33,745 nt of DNA from Candidatus Nanohaloarchaea archaeon (GTDB lineage Archaea > Nanohalarchaeota > Nanosalinia > Nanosalinales > Nanosalinaceae). Each line of letters begins with the position of its first letter. Position 1 is the stretch's first letter. Shown in pieces: positions 1-9,033 of this stretch. The DNA lies in assembly GCA_041639695.1 (NCBI GenBank), contig JBEQBQ010000012.1:1-33745 (forward strand), written 5' to 3'. The notes under the pieces were generated by a model. The model was not told the origin of the DNA. It made no database searches and saw only the letters and a program-made list of their open reading frames with translations. A program made the position numbers and the translations under genes.

Positions 1-338
1 GAAAGGGCAACAAATACGCAACAATCAGCCCTACAAGCAATCTTATCCAGAACGTCCTACTCAAGCTTCAGGACGAAGGATACATCGGAGTCTTCGAACT
101 TATCGAGGACGGTAAAGGTGGAAAGTACAAGGTAGAGGTCAAGGAAGCAGTAAACAAGTGTGAACCAGTCAAGCCTAACTTCTACGTTGGAAGCGACGAA
201 CACACAGAGTGGGCAAAGAGATACTTGCCTGCACGAAACTTCGGAAAACTCATAGTAACAACACCGAGAGGAGTTCTCACCCACGACGAGGCAGTTGAAG
301 AAAACGTGGGCGGAAAGCTCCTTGGGTACGTCTACTAG
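1..338 (+). CDS. rps8: 30S ribosomal protein S8 (uS8), 5'-truncated by window edge
   Basis: Not in the ORF track. My translation from nt 3 gives KGNKYATISPTSNLIQNVLLKLQDEGYIGVFELIEDGKGG...RYLPARNFGKLIVTTPRGVLTHDEA...GGKLLGYVY*, with archaeal S8 motifs. Stop TAG at 336-338; spc operon position. Confidence 0.96.
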   Translation, partial: KGNKYATISPTSNLIQNVLLKLQDEGYIGVFELIEDGKGGKYKVEVKEAVNKCEPVKPNFYVGSDEHTEWAKRYLPARNFGKLIVTTPRGVLTHDEAVEENVGGKLLGYVY

Positions 339-350
339 GTGAAAAAGAAA

Positions 351-875
351 ATGAGAGAGACAGCAGACCTCAACGGATTCGAAGCCAACTACGAAGACGG
401 CGTACTTGAAGTTGAAGGAAACGGCGAAACAGTTTCAAGAAAGCTTGACCACGCACGAATCGATGTAGAAGTCAAGGATGGAGAAGTAGTTTTCTCCTCA
501 GATGAGAGCAACAAGACAGTCAAGTCAATCCTTGGAACCTTCAGGTCCCACGTCCAGAACATGGTCAACGGACTTGAGGACGAACACGTCTACCAGATGA
601 AGGGTGTTTACGCACACTTCCCTATGGATGTAGATGTAGAGAACGACCAGGTAGTGATCGGAAACTTCATGGGAGAAAGAAACCCTAGAAAAGTCGATAT
701 AGCTGAAGGCGCCGAAGTAACAGTAAACGGCGAAGACCTAGAAATCAGAGGCGCGGACAAAGAAGCAGTAGGACTTACCGCCGGACGTATCGAACAGGCA
801 TGCAAGAAAGGAAACCGCGATCCAAGAACGTTCCAAGACGGAGTCTACATTACAGACAAAGGTGAGAAAGAATGA
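351..875 (+). CDS. rpl6: 50S ribosomal protein L6 (uL6)
   Basis: Motifs YAHFPM, NFMGERNPR, DPRTFQDGVYIT. ATG 351 preferred over GTG 339 because AGGTGA (337-342) sits as a Shine-Dalgarno ahead of 351. Confidence 0.96.
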   Translation: MRETADLNGFEANYEDGVLEVEGNGETVSRKLDHARIDVEVKDGEVVFSSDESNKTVKSILGTFRSHVQNMVNGLEDEHVYQMKGVYAHFPMDVDVENDQVVIGNFMGERNPRKVDIAEGAEVTVNGEDLEIRGADKEAVGLTAGRIEQACKKGNRDPRTFQDGVYITDKGEKE

Positions 876-1210
876 GCGACGATTTCAAGAGAGAAGACAA
901 CCACAAGAAGACACAGACCCCTAGCTCGTGGAGAAAGCCTAAAGGAGGGCACTCCAGAGCACGTCTGAAGAAGAAAGGTGCGAACCCTCTTCCGAAGGCA
1001 GGTTACAGAACCGATAAAGATGTTAGAGGCAAGCATCCTTCCGGATACGATGAAGTGCTTGTCCACAACACCTCCGACCTTGAGGAACTTGATGAAGAGA
1101 CAGAAGCAGCACGAATCGGTTCCACAGTCGGAGACAGAAAACGTGAAGAGATAGTTAAAAAAGCTGACGATGAAGGAATCCATGTGCTTAACAGAGGTGA
1201 CGAAGAATGA
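872..1210 (+). CDS. rpl32e: 50S ribosomal protein L32e
   Basis: SWRKPKGGHS, GYRT..VRGKHPSGYDEVLVHN, GIHVLN; between L6 and L19e. Confidence 0.96.
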   Translation: MSDDFKREDNHKKTQTPSSWRKPKGGHSRARLKKKGANPLPKAGYRTDKDVRGKHPSGYDEVLVHNTSDLEELDEETEAARIGSTVGDRKREEIVKKADDEGIHVLNRGDEE

Positions 1211-1650
1211 CCGACCTTAAATCACAGAAGAGAATGGCTTCAGAAGTACTTGACGTAGGAGAGAACCGTGTCTGGATCGATCCGGACAACACAGAGAAAG
1301 TAGAGGAAGCCATCACAAGGAACGACATCAGGAACCTGGTCGAGTCAGGAGTCATCCAGAAAAAAGATGTTAAAGGAACCTCGAAAGGCCGTGCAAGAGA
1401 CAAGAAGAAGCAGAAAGCCAAAGGACGCAGAAAAGGCCAAGGAAACAGGAAAGGAAAGAAGACAGCAAGGAAAGATTCCAAGCAAGAATGGCAGGAAAAG
1501 ATCCGTGCCATCAGGAAAAGACTCAAGGAAATGAAGGAAGAGGAAGAAGTTTCGAACGACGAGTACTGGGATCTTTACGACATGGCAAAGGGAGGATTCT
1601 TCCGTAACACAAAACACCTAGAAAACCACGTCGAGAACAAGCTAGAGTGA
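1207..1650 (+). CDS. rpl19e: 50S ribosomal protein L19e
   Basis: LKSQKRMASEVLDVGENRVWIDP, AITRNDIR, RKGKKTAR, LYDMAKGGFF. Confidence 0.97.
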   Translation: MTDLKSQKRMASEVLDVGENRVWIDPDNTEKVEEAITRNDIRNLVESGVIQKKDVKGTSKGRARDKKKQKAKGRRKGQGNRKGKKTARKDSKQEWQEKIRAIRKRLKEMKEEEEVSNDEYWDLYDMAKGGFFRNTKHLENHVENKLE

Positions 1651-1656
1651 TTACAA

Positions 1657-2166
1657 ATGGCAGATACATCAAACTACGAACTACCTTTCAGGAGAAGAAG
1701 AGAACAGAAAACAGACTACAAACAGAGACTTGGACTTCTGAAATCAGGTAAGCCAAGAGCAGTTGTAAGAAGCTCTAACAACCATACTAGAGTCCACCTC
1801 TCTCACTACAAACAGGAGGGAGATGAAAACACAGCTCAGACACTTTCGAAGGAACTTGAAGAGTACGGATGGGAGAACCATACAGGTAACCTTCCCGCCG
1901 CATACCTAACAGGATTCCTTGCAGGAATGAAAGCTGAAGAGGACGAAGCAGTTCTCGATCTAGGGCTCAGAGAGAAAAACAAGGGCGGAAGAATGTTTGC
2001 CGCTCTAAAAGGACTTATCGATGCAGGTGTCGAAATCCCTGCAGGCGATGGAATCTTCCCAGCAGAGGAAAGACTTAGGGGAGAACACATCGAAGAGATG
2101 ACAGGTAAAGAAGTACCTGCAAACTTCGAGGAAACAAAGGAAGAAATCAGAGGTGAATTTGAATAA
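1657..2166 (+). CDS. rpl18: 50S ribosomal protein L18 (uL18)
   Basis: PFRRRREQKTDYKQRL.LLKSGKPRAVVR, GNLPAAYLTG, VLDLGL. Confidence 0.97.
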   Translation: MADTSNYELPFRRRREQKTDYKQRLGLLKSGKPRAVVRSSNNHTRVHLSHYKQEGDENTAQTLSKELEEYGWENHTGNLPAAYLTGFLAGMKAEEDEAVLDLGLREKNKGGRMFAALKGLIDAGVEIPAGDGIFPAEERLRGEHIEEMTGKEVPANFEETKEEIRGEFE

Positions 2167-2837
2167 TGTCACAGGAAATGGAAGAAGAGGAAATCTGGAA
2201 GCCACGAACCAAGCTGGGCAAAAAGGTCGCTAACGGAGAAATCACGAAGATAACCGAGGCACTTGACTCGAAGTATCCTATCATGGAAGAAGAGATCGTC
2301 GACCAACTGGTAGATCTCGATGAGGAAGTAATCCTTATCGGTGGAACACCAGGAAAAGGAGGCGGCGTAAGAAGAACAGTCTCAAAGAGAACATGCAGAA
2401 TGCACAAGTCAGGAGGAAGATACTCCACTAACGCCATGGCAGTTCTCGGAAACAGAAGAAACGTCGTCGGACTAGGAGAAGGCGATGCAAACGACACAAG
2501 AGCAGCAATCGAGTCAGCTTCCAGAGAAGCAAAGCTCAACCTCATCAAGGTAAAGAGAGGAAACGGATCATGGGAAGACAGAGGAGACAACTCAACATCG
2601 ATTCCTTTCAAGGTATCAGGAAAGTCAGGATCCGTTGAAGTAGAGCTTAAGCCTGCACCGAGAGGGACAGGGCTTGCAGCTTCAGAGGGAGTTAAGAAGA
2701 TGCTTGAACTTGCCGGAATCAAGAACATTTACGTTGAATCTCGAGGACAGACAAGGACACGGGAGAACATGATGAAGGCAACATTCGAGGCTCTCAAAAA
2801 GCTCAACGAATACGAATCACCAGGTGACCAGGAATGA
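2166..2837 (+). CDS. rps5: 30S ribosomal protein S5 (uS5) with Gly-rich insertion
   Basis: WKPRTKLGKKV, RGNGSWE, SIPFKVSGKSGSV, PAPRGTGL, LELAGI, GQTRT. Confidence 0.97.
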   Translation: MSQEMEEEEIWKPRTKLGKKVANGEITKITEALDSKYPIMEEEIVDQLVDLDEEVILIGGTPGKGGGVRRTVSKRTCRMHKSGGRYSTNAMAVLGNRRNVVGLGEGDANDTRAAIESASREAKLNLIKVKRGNGSWEDRGDNSTSIPFKVSGKSGSVEVELKPAPRGTGLAASEGVKKMLELAGIKNIYVESRGQTRTRENMMKATFEALKKLNEYESPGDQE

Positions 2838-3181
2838 TTGCAGCAGTAAGAGTAAGAGGTCCTGTAGACCTCAACGAGAAAGTGAACAACACACTTGAAA
2901 ACATCAACCTTGAATCAAAGAACCAGGTAGTAGTATTCGAGGAGAACGAGGCAATCATGGGAATGATGAACTCGGTTAAAGACTTCATCACCTACGGAGA
3001 AGTATCAGATGAAGTAGTTGGGAAGCTTGAGGAAAGAAAAGGAGAGAGCCTTGACTCAGGCGATACAGTCAACCTTTCGCCTCCATCCGGAGGATTCAAG
3101 GACACCAAGAGAAATACCGGTCAGGACGGAAGCCTTGGAAAACGCGAAAACATGGACAACCTACTGGAGAAGATGGTATAA
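2834..3181 (+). CDS. rpl30: 50S ribosomal protein L30 (uL30), short form
   Basis: MIAAVRVRG, VKDFITYGE, LSPPSGGFK, GSLG; between S5 and L15. Confidence 0.93.
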   Translation: MIAAVRVRGPVDLNEKVNNTLENINLESKNQVVVFEENEAIMGMMNSVKDFITYGEVSDEVVGKLEERKGESLDSGDTVNLSPPSGGFKDTKRNTGQDGSLGKRENMDNLLEKMV

Positions 3182-3182
3182 G

Positions 3183-3608
3183 ATGACGAAGAGAAGATCT
3201 AAGAAGAATAAGTCCGGTTCCCACGGACATGGATCATCGAAGAAAAACCGTGGAGCAGGAAGCAAAGGTGGAAGAGGTAACGCCGGAAGAGGAAAGAAGG
3301 CGAAACACCACAAGATGCAGTCAGGCGAAGTCCACGAGCTAGGAGAGAAGGGATTCAACTCCCGGAAGTCCGAGCAGGACGGCATCAACCTGAGAGATAT
3401 CGACCAGAGGATCGACGACTTTGTCGAGGAAGGTTCAGCTGAGGAAAATGAAGACGGTTATGTCTTCCATGCATCCGAAGCCGGATACGAAAAGGTTCTC
3501 GGGAAAGGACAGCTCAGGAAGAATATTGAAATTCATGCCGAGGACTTTTCCAGCACGGCAGAAGAAAAGTTAAAAGAAGCCGGAGTCGAACCTGTAGTAG
3601 AGGATTAA
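3183..3608 (+). CDS. rpl15: 50S ribosomal protein L15 (uL15)
   Basis: GSHGHGSSKKNRGAGSKGGRGNAG, GYEKVLGKG, FSSTAEEKL. True start is ATG 3183; the ORF-track start 3018 overlaps rpl30. Confidence 0.96.
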   Translation: MTKRRSKKNKSGSHGHGSSKKNRGAGSKGGRGNAGRGKKAKHHKMQSGEVHELGEKGFNSRKSEQDGINLRDIDQRIDDFVEEGSAEENEDGYVFHASEAGYEKVLGKGQLRKNIEIHAEDFSSTAEEKLKEAGVEPVVED

Positions 3609-3612
3609 ACGA

Positions 3613-5001
3613 ATGTCGAAGCTAGTCCAGGCAGCATCGTATCTACCGAGCATCAAGGAACCCACGAAAGAACAGTCACTGAAAAAGATGTTGACCTGGA
3701 CCGGGATCGCCCTGGTTCTATACTTCATAATGGGTTCGATCGATCTATACGGGGCCAACGCCCAGTCGGTCGAACAAGCACTTCAAAGTTTACAGACCTT
3801 CCAGACTATTCTAGGCGCACAGATCGGTTCTATAATTACTTTAGGTATCGGTCCTATCGTAACCTCATCGATTATCTTGCAGATGATGGTCGGATCGGAC
3901 ATCCTACCTTGGAATACTAATACACAGGAAGGAAAGATCAAGTTTCAGTCAGCACAGAAGGTACTTGCGTACGGCCTCACAGTGATCCAGGCCTTCGGGT
4001 ACGTACTCTCAGGCACCTTCGGAAATGTTACAGGAGACCCCATGTTGATCCTGCTGCTTGGTGGACAGATAACACTGGGTGGATGGCTGATCATCATGCT
4101 TGACGACCTGGTGCAGAAATGGGGATTCGGATCAGGGGTATCGCTGTTCATCGCAGCAGGTGTATCCAAAGCAGTATACATCTCCACTATTTCCCCCCTA
4201 ACCTCAGCAGGAGAACTGTTCTGGCAGGTAGGAGGAAACCCTGTAGGACACATCATCCAGTTCTTCCTAACCTTCCAGGCATCATCAATAATACCTGTGA
4301 TCTTCACAGTACTCGTATTCGCAGTGGTTGTCTACCTGCAGGCGATGCGTGTAGAGATACCTCTAACCTTTGGAAACGTTAGAGGTTTCGGGCAGAAATG
4401 GCCACTGAAGTTCCTCTACACAAGTGTTATGCCTGTAATCCTGATCGCAGCCTTGGTATCCAACCTTAGAATACTTGGAACCACCTTAGCCGGGACTAAC
4501 GGTTGTTCAATCCTTGGATGTTTCCAGGGAGGATCAGCACAATCAGGACTCGTCGCCTACCTAAGTGCGCCACAGAGCTTTGTGGACGGCTTGATCAACG
4601 GAACAGTCCAGATGCTGGGTACCGGAAGCCTCTCACACGTACTGATCTACCTCAGCGTTTACACCTTCGGATCGATCATGTTCTCGATCTTCTGGATGAA
4701 AACCAGCGGGCAGGACGCTGACGCGGTAGCAGACCAGATCCAGAACACCGGCATGAAAGTACCGGGCTTCAGGAAAGACAAACGCGTAATCAAGAAGGTT
4801 TTGAACCGTTACATTCCTGGACTAACAGTACTGTCCGGAGCCGTTGTCGGCCTACTGGCAGGCGTCGCCAACATTACGAACGCTGCGGGAGGCGGAACAG
4901 GAATCCTGTTGACAGTCATGATCCTGTACCAGATGTACGAACAACTGGCACAGAAACACATGGAAGAGCTTCACCCGGCTCTGAAGGACTTCATGTCCTA
5001 A
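3613..5001 (+). CDS. secY: Preprotein translocase subunit SecY
   Basis: About 10 TM segments; TLGIGPIVTSSIILQ, KWGFGSGVSLFIAAG, PLKFLYTSVMP, VPGFR, GGTGILLTV. Confidence 0.98.
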   Translation: MSKLVQAASYLPSIKEPTKEQSLKKMLTWTGIALVLYFIMGSIDLYGANAQSVEQALQSLQTFQTILGAQIGSIITLGIGPIVTSSIILQMMVGSDILPWNTNTQEGKIKFQSAQKVLAYGLTVIQAFGYVLSGTFGNVTGDPMLILLLGGQITLGGWLIIMLDDLVQKWGFGSGVSLFIAAGVSKAVYISTISPLTSAGELFWQVGGNPVGHIIQFFLTFQASSIIPVIFTVLVFAVVVYLQAMRVEIPLTFGNVRGFGQKWPLKFLYTSVMPVILIAALVSNLRILGTTLAGTNGCSILGCFQGGSAQSGLVAYLSAPQSFVDGLINGTVQMLGTGSLSHVLIYLSVYTFGSIMFSIFWMKTSGQDADAVADQIQNTGMKVPGFRKDKRVIKKVLNRYIPGLTVLSGAVVGLLAGVANITNAAGGGTGILLTVMILYQMYEQLAQKHMEELHPALKDFMS

Positions 5002-5025
5002 CCTTTTCTCATTTAACCTCTTTTT
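5002..5025 (+). terminator. Probable archaeal pyrimidine/U-rich terminator of the spc-secY operon
   Basis: CCTTTTCTCATTTAACCTCTTTTT immediately after the secY stop. Confidence 0.5.
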
Positions 5026-5093
5026 AGATATTCTCTGAAGCTCTAGAACTTATATTCAGAAAACTTAAAAGAAGAATATCTTAACGTAAATTC

Positions 5094-6617
5094 ATGAAAA
5101 GAAAGATACTGCTATCAGCACTTTTAATCCTGCTAACACTCAGTTTAAACCCTGTTTCCGCATACCACGAAGGTGAGTACGGTGCCCACCTTGAAGGTGA
5201 AGGAACAGCTAAAGATCCATACCTAATCCAAGAGTTAGAAGATCTTTTTGAGGTATACAAGGAAGAGGAAAAATATTATGCGCTCGCCAACGATATCGAC
5301 GCCAGTGAGACAGAGAACTGGGGCGACCGGATGGTATCCAGACACAAGGAAGGAGGAGAAGGATTCCCGCCAATAGACGATAACAGCAGTTCAGCTAAGA
5401 GATTCGAAGGAGTCTTTAACGGGAGGAATCATACAATCTCCGGACTTTACATAAAAAGACCGAAACTTGAGCACACAGGCCTCTTCAGAATACTGAGAGA
5501 GGGTACAATAAAGAACTTGAAACTGGAAAACGTTCACATCCAGGGAGGTACAGAAGTAGGAGGAATAGTAGGGGAAAGCGTAGACGGCAAGATCGTGAAC
5601 GTCCACGTATCCGGAACACTTGTAGGCGGAGAAGGCGAATACGATGATTCCATAGGCGGAGTAGTCGGACGGAACCACGGAGATGTAATTAATTCTACTG
5701 TGGATATAGAGGTTGAAGGCAAAGAGCGTGTAGGCGGTATCGCAGGCATCACCTACACCGAAAACACCAGTATTGTGAATTCACATGCAGAAGGAACTAT
5801 AGGGGGAGAAAGCTACGTAGGCGGCATAGTAGGCATGAACAGTCAGAAACTATCCGGAAGCTCAGCAAATGTAGAAGCGACAGGAAACAAAGCAGGCGGA
5901 CTCGCCGGAGAAAACAAAGGAAGGATAACGGACTCTTACGCAGTTGGAACCGTCAAAGGTAAGAACTCAGGCGGACTAGTAGGCAGGAACAAGAACGTTA
6001 TCAACAGATCATGGGCATCTCCATCCATCAGATCCGGTGAACAAGTAGGCGGGCTTGTCGGGGTAAACCAAGGCAAGATCGCAAGATCTTTCTCAAACGG
6101 CACAATTAGCGTTGTCAGTTCTGGAGCTCTAGCCTACGAGAACCAAGGAACAGTAATAAATTCATACACAACCACAAAGCTTGAGAAAGGCGAAGATCTG
6201 CTGACCGGGAGAATGATCTCCTACAATCGCGGCAATATAAAAAAGAGCTATGTAGCTGGAGACAACCAGATAAGCGAGAGAAAAATCGCTCGGCAGCAAT
6301 CAGGTACATTAAATGAGACTTACTGGGAGAGAACAAGTGATGAAGAAGTCAGGTATCCTCAGGGGACTGGTTTAAGACCTTCAGAAATGATGGGTCAGTC
6401 CGCGAGAGCCAACATGGATCTTGAGTTTGGAAAAGTCTGGACGGCCACGCAGGGTTATCCAAGACTCTCTTGGACGGGCGCTGATGCTGTCGCGGGAAGC
6501 CCTAATCAGGACAGCCAGAGCTCTAACCCTGGAAACAGTTCTCCAAGAAAAGAAAGCGGAGAATCAGAAGGAGGACTTTTTGATCCGATATTCTCCTTCT
6601 TCGGCTCACTCTTCTAA
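5094..6617 (+). CDS. Secreted GLUG-motif beta-helix surface protein/adhesin
   Basis: Sec signal peptide (MKRKILLSALLILLTLSLNPVSA). Family-typical motifs GEGTAKDPYLI, YALANDIDASET, FEGVFNGRNHTISGLYI; about 8 VGGIVG/GGLVG.N repeats; GYPRL; S/P/N linker; C-terminal GLFDPIFSFFGSLF. Confidence 0.85.
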   Translation: MKRKILLSALLILLTLSLNPVSAYHEGEYGAHLEGEGTAKDPYLIQELEDLFEVYKEEEKYYALANDIDASETENWGDRMVSRHKEGGEGFPPIDDNSSSAKRFEGVFNGRNHTISGLYIKRPKLEHTGLFRILREGTIKNLKLENVHIQGGTEVGGIVGESVDGKIVNVHVSGTLVGGEGEYDDSIGGVVGRNHGDVINSTVDIEVEGKERVGGIAGITYTENTSIVNSHAEGTIGGESYVGGIVGMNSQKLSGSSANVEATGNKAGGLAGENKGRITDSYAVGTVKGKNSGGLVGRNKNVINRSWASPSIRSGEQVGGLVGVNQGKIARSFSNGTISVVSSGALAYENQGTVINSYTTTKLEKGEDLLTGRMISYNRGNIKKSYVAGDNQISERKIARQQSGTLNETYWERTSDEEVRYPQGTGLRPSEMMGQSARANMDLEFGKVWTATQGYPRLSWTGADAVAGSPNQDSQSSNPGNSSPRKESGESEGGLFDPIFSFFGSLF

Positions 6618-6652
6618 CCAGTATGGAGGGGTCGATCCCCTCCGGCCTCCGA

Positions 6653-6660
6653 TTTAAAAG
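6653..6660 (+). promoter_or_regulatory. TATA box of DUF106 gene (leaderless)
   Basis: TTTAAAAG about 27 nt upstream of ATG 6687. Confidence 0.55.
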
Positions 6661-6686
6661 GCTTTACCGCGAAAGGTTTTCATAAG

Positions 6687-7421
6687 ATGGTATCGATACA
6701 GGGATTCCTGACCGTACTTTTTGGCTTCTACGACACACTTTTCCAGCCAATACTAAGTCTAGGACCGCTTCCATCGCTAGCAATTTTCTCAGGACTGCTT
6801 GCAGGAATGTTCTCAATAATTTACTACATCTTCCTCGATATCGAGGCGATGGACGAACTAAAAGAAAAGATAAACGAGAAACAGGAGAAGAGGAAGGAAG
6901 CACAGAAGAACGACAACGTGGACGAAGCCACGGAACACATGAAGGAAGCCATGTCCCTGAACCAGGAGATGATGATGCTGAACTTCAAGCCGATGATCGT
7001 TACGATGGTTTTCGTTGCTTTCATTTTCCCATGGCTTGGAGCAACCTTTGCACCAACAGTTGATCTCCAGCAGACAAACAATACTACGTTTGAAGGAGAG
7101 TTCCAGTTCAACGGCCAGTCAAATCAAGTCACCGTGGTAAACGAAACGGAACCGGTAGTTAAGATGGACGGCCAGAACTCTTCAATCGGAGGCCAGGTCA
7201 AAGCTTTCGGAGTTGACTGGGATGTAGTCAGATTCGGAGAGGACAAAGGAGGTTTCTTCTCCTCAGGCAGCGATGGACACGTCTTGAAGATGAACGCTAG
7301 GTTCGTCGACCTACCATTCAGCATTCCTTTAGCTGGAGCTGCCCTGAACTGGCTTGGAACCTACATCCTGATCTCAATGCCGCTGACCTTCCTCTTCAGG
7401 AAGATGCTCGGCATCCAGTAG
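6687..7421 (+). CDS. DUF106 / EMC3-TMCO1 (Oxa1 superfamily) membrane protein
   Basis: TM - cytoplasmic coiled coil - EMMMLNFKPMIVTM TM - extracellular insert - WLGTYILISMPLTFLFRKMLGI. Conserved position downstream of secY in archaea. Confidence 0.9.
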   Translation: MVSIQGFLTVLFGFYDTLFQPILSLGPLPSLAIFSGLLAGMFSIIYYIFLDIEAMDELKEKINEKQEKRKEAQKNDNVDEATEHMKEAMSLNQEMMMLNFKPMIVTMVFVAFIFPWLGATFAPTVDLQQTNNTTFEGEFQFNGQSNQVTVVNETEPVVKMDGQNSSIGGQVKAFGVDWDVVRFGEDKGGFFSSGSDGHVLKMNARFVDLPFSIPLAGAALNWLGTYILISMPLTFLFRKMLGIQ

Positions 7422-7429
7422 AGTACAAT

Positions 7430-7987
7430 TTACAAAGGCCTTAAGCTGAAGGCAACAAAAGTTCCTCCATCTATATCTTTTTCTTCGAATGTATCTTCCG
7501 GGACAGACACAGTTCCATACTGAAGCCAATAAGACTTGTCTTCATCTACTCTTTCAGACTCATCTCCCACAAAGTACTCATATCCACCAGCCATTCTATC
7601 CAACTCAAGATATCTGCAAAGCGCCTTAGAAAGCTCTATTACTTCCTTACTAGTCCTGTCTCCATCGATATTGAGCCTTTCACTATCCCGGAAGTTTACG
7701 TAATCAACGCTAAGCACTATTTTTCCAGGTGAAAACTCTACTAGAACCTCAATACCGTCCTTCCAGACCTTCAGAGATCCGCCGTCAGCCTGAGAAATTG
7801 CTTCGATAGCTTCAGAAAGTGGAGCCTCGTAAATCCAATCATCATCTGCCATATAACCTGTTTTGAAACGCTCAGATTCGTAGCTCCAGCCTTTTTCAGA
7901 AATATTTTCTACAAAATCCTGCAGATAACCTGTCGAAATATCAGTTTTTTCTCCCAGTTCGAACTTCAGATGAACATAACTTCCCAT
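7430..7987 (-). CDS. Hypothetical acidic alpha/beta protein (possibly immunity-protein-like)
   Basis: 185 aa ORF exactly filling the gap between DUF106 and cbf5; acidic and aromatic-rich; no recognised catalytic motif. Confidence 0.7.
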   Translation of the reverse strand: MGSYVHLKFELGEKTDISTGYLQDFVENISEKGWSYESERFKTGYMADDDWIYEAPLSEAIEAISQADGGSLKVWKDGIEVLVEFSPGKIVLSVDYVNFRDSERLNIDGDRTSKEVIELSKALCRYLELDRMAGGYEYFVGDESERVDEDKSYWLQYGTVSVPEDTFEEKDIDGGTFVAFSLRPL

Positions 7988-8049
7988 GACTATTGTACCT
8001 ATAGTTTCTATCCTACCTCAGATAAAAGTTTCTTACAGAGAGTTTTCAT

Positions 8050-9006
8050 ATGGAGTGGTACACACGGGAAGAGGCAGAGACCTCCGAAGAATACGGATCA
8101 ATACCTGAGAAGAGAACAGTAGAAGAACTTATGCAGAAAGGATTCTTTATAGTAGACAAGCCTTTCGGCCCTCAGTCGAAACAGGTATCGACCTGGATAA
8201 AGAAAGAACTAAACTTGAAGAAGGCCGGCCACTTTGGAACTTTAGACCCTAACGCAACAGGCGTTCTGCCTGTCGGAATCAACTCCGGGACTCGTGTAAA
8301 CAACATTCTATCAAACGCAGACAAGGAATACATTTTCGAAGCAGTACTTCACGAGGAAAAAGAAGAGGAAGAAGTAAAGCAAAAGCTTCTCGAGTTCAAA
8401 GGTACAAACGAACAGACACCGCCGGAGAAATCAGCGGTGAAGAGAGAGGAAAGAGAAAGAGAGGTCTATGAAATAGAACTGCTTGAAAAGAATGATAAGA
8501 AGGTTCTTGGCCGTGTTAAATGCGAATCAGGATTCTACGTAAGAGTACTAATCAGCCAGTTAGGAGAAAAACTCGGTACAGAAGCAGAAATGGATGAACT
8601 AAGGAGAACTAAACAAGGACACCTGTCTGAAGAAGATGCTAACACTTTACAGGATATTGTGGATGCTTACCATTTCTGGAAACAGGATAACCGAGAAAAG
8701 GAGATAAGAAACGTTCTGCATCCTATCGAGAAAGCTGTGGAACATCTTCCGAAGATCGCGGTAAAGGATTCAGCTGTTAATGCTGTTGCTAACGGAGCCG
8801 ATCTTGGGGCCTCAGGAATTTCAAAGTTCCAGGACGGAATAAAAGAAGGCGATGAAGTCGCTATCACCACCTTAAAAGGCGAGCTTATCGCGATAGCTGA
8901 AGCCGAGATGAGCTCCGAAAAACTTTACGAAGAGGAAGGAACTGCAGCATCACTCAAATCTGTACATATGGATCCTGAGACTTATCCGAAGAGATGGAAA
9001 CAGTAA
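8050..9006 (+). CDS. cbf5: H/ACA RNA-guided pseudouridine synthase Cbf5 (TruB family, PUA domain)
   Basis: VDKPFGP, AGHFGTLDPNATGVL (catalytic Asp), QTPPEKSAVKR, CESGFYVR, ELRRT, PUA domain, YPKRWK. Confidence 0.97.
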   Translation: MEWYTREEAETSEEYGSIPEKRTVEELMQKGFFIVDKPFGPQSKQVSTWIKKELNLKKAGHFGTLDPNATGVLPVGINSGTRVNNILSNADKEYIFEAVLHEEKEEEEVKQKLLEFKGTNEQTPPEKSAVKREEREREVYEIELLEKNDKKVLGRVKCESGFYVRVLISQLGEKLGTEAEMDELRRTKQGHLSEEDANTLQDIVDAYHFWKQDNREKEIRNVLHPIEKAVEHLPKIAVKDSAVNAVANGADLGASGISKFQDGIKEGDEVAITTLKGELIAIAEAEMSSEKLYEEEGTAASLKSVHMDPETYPKRWKQ

Positions 9007-9033
9007 TCAATAACCGGACATGAGACTAAATTT

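Noticed and set aside
3018-3182. N-terminal extension of rpl15
   Set aside because: Overlaps rpl30 in another frame; L15 homology starts at ATG 3183.
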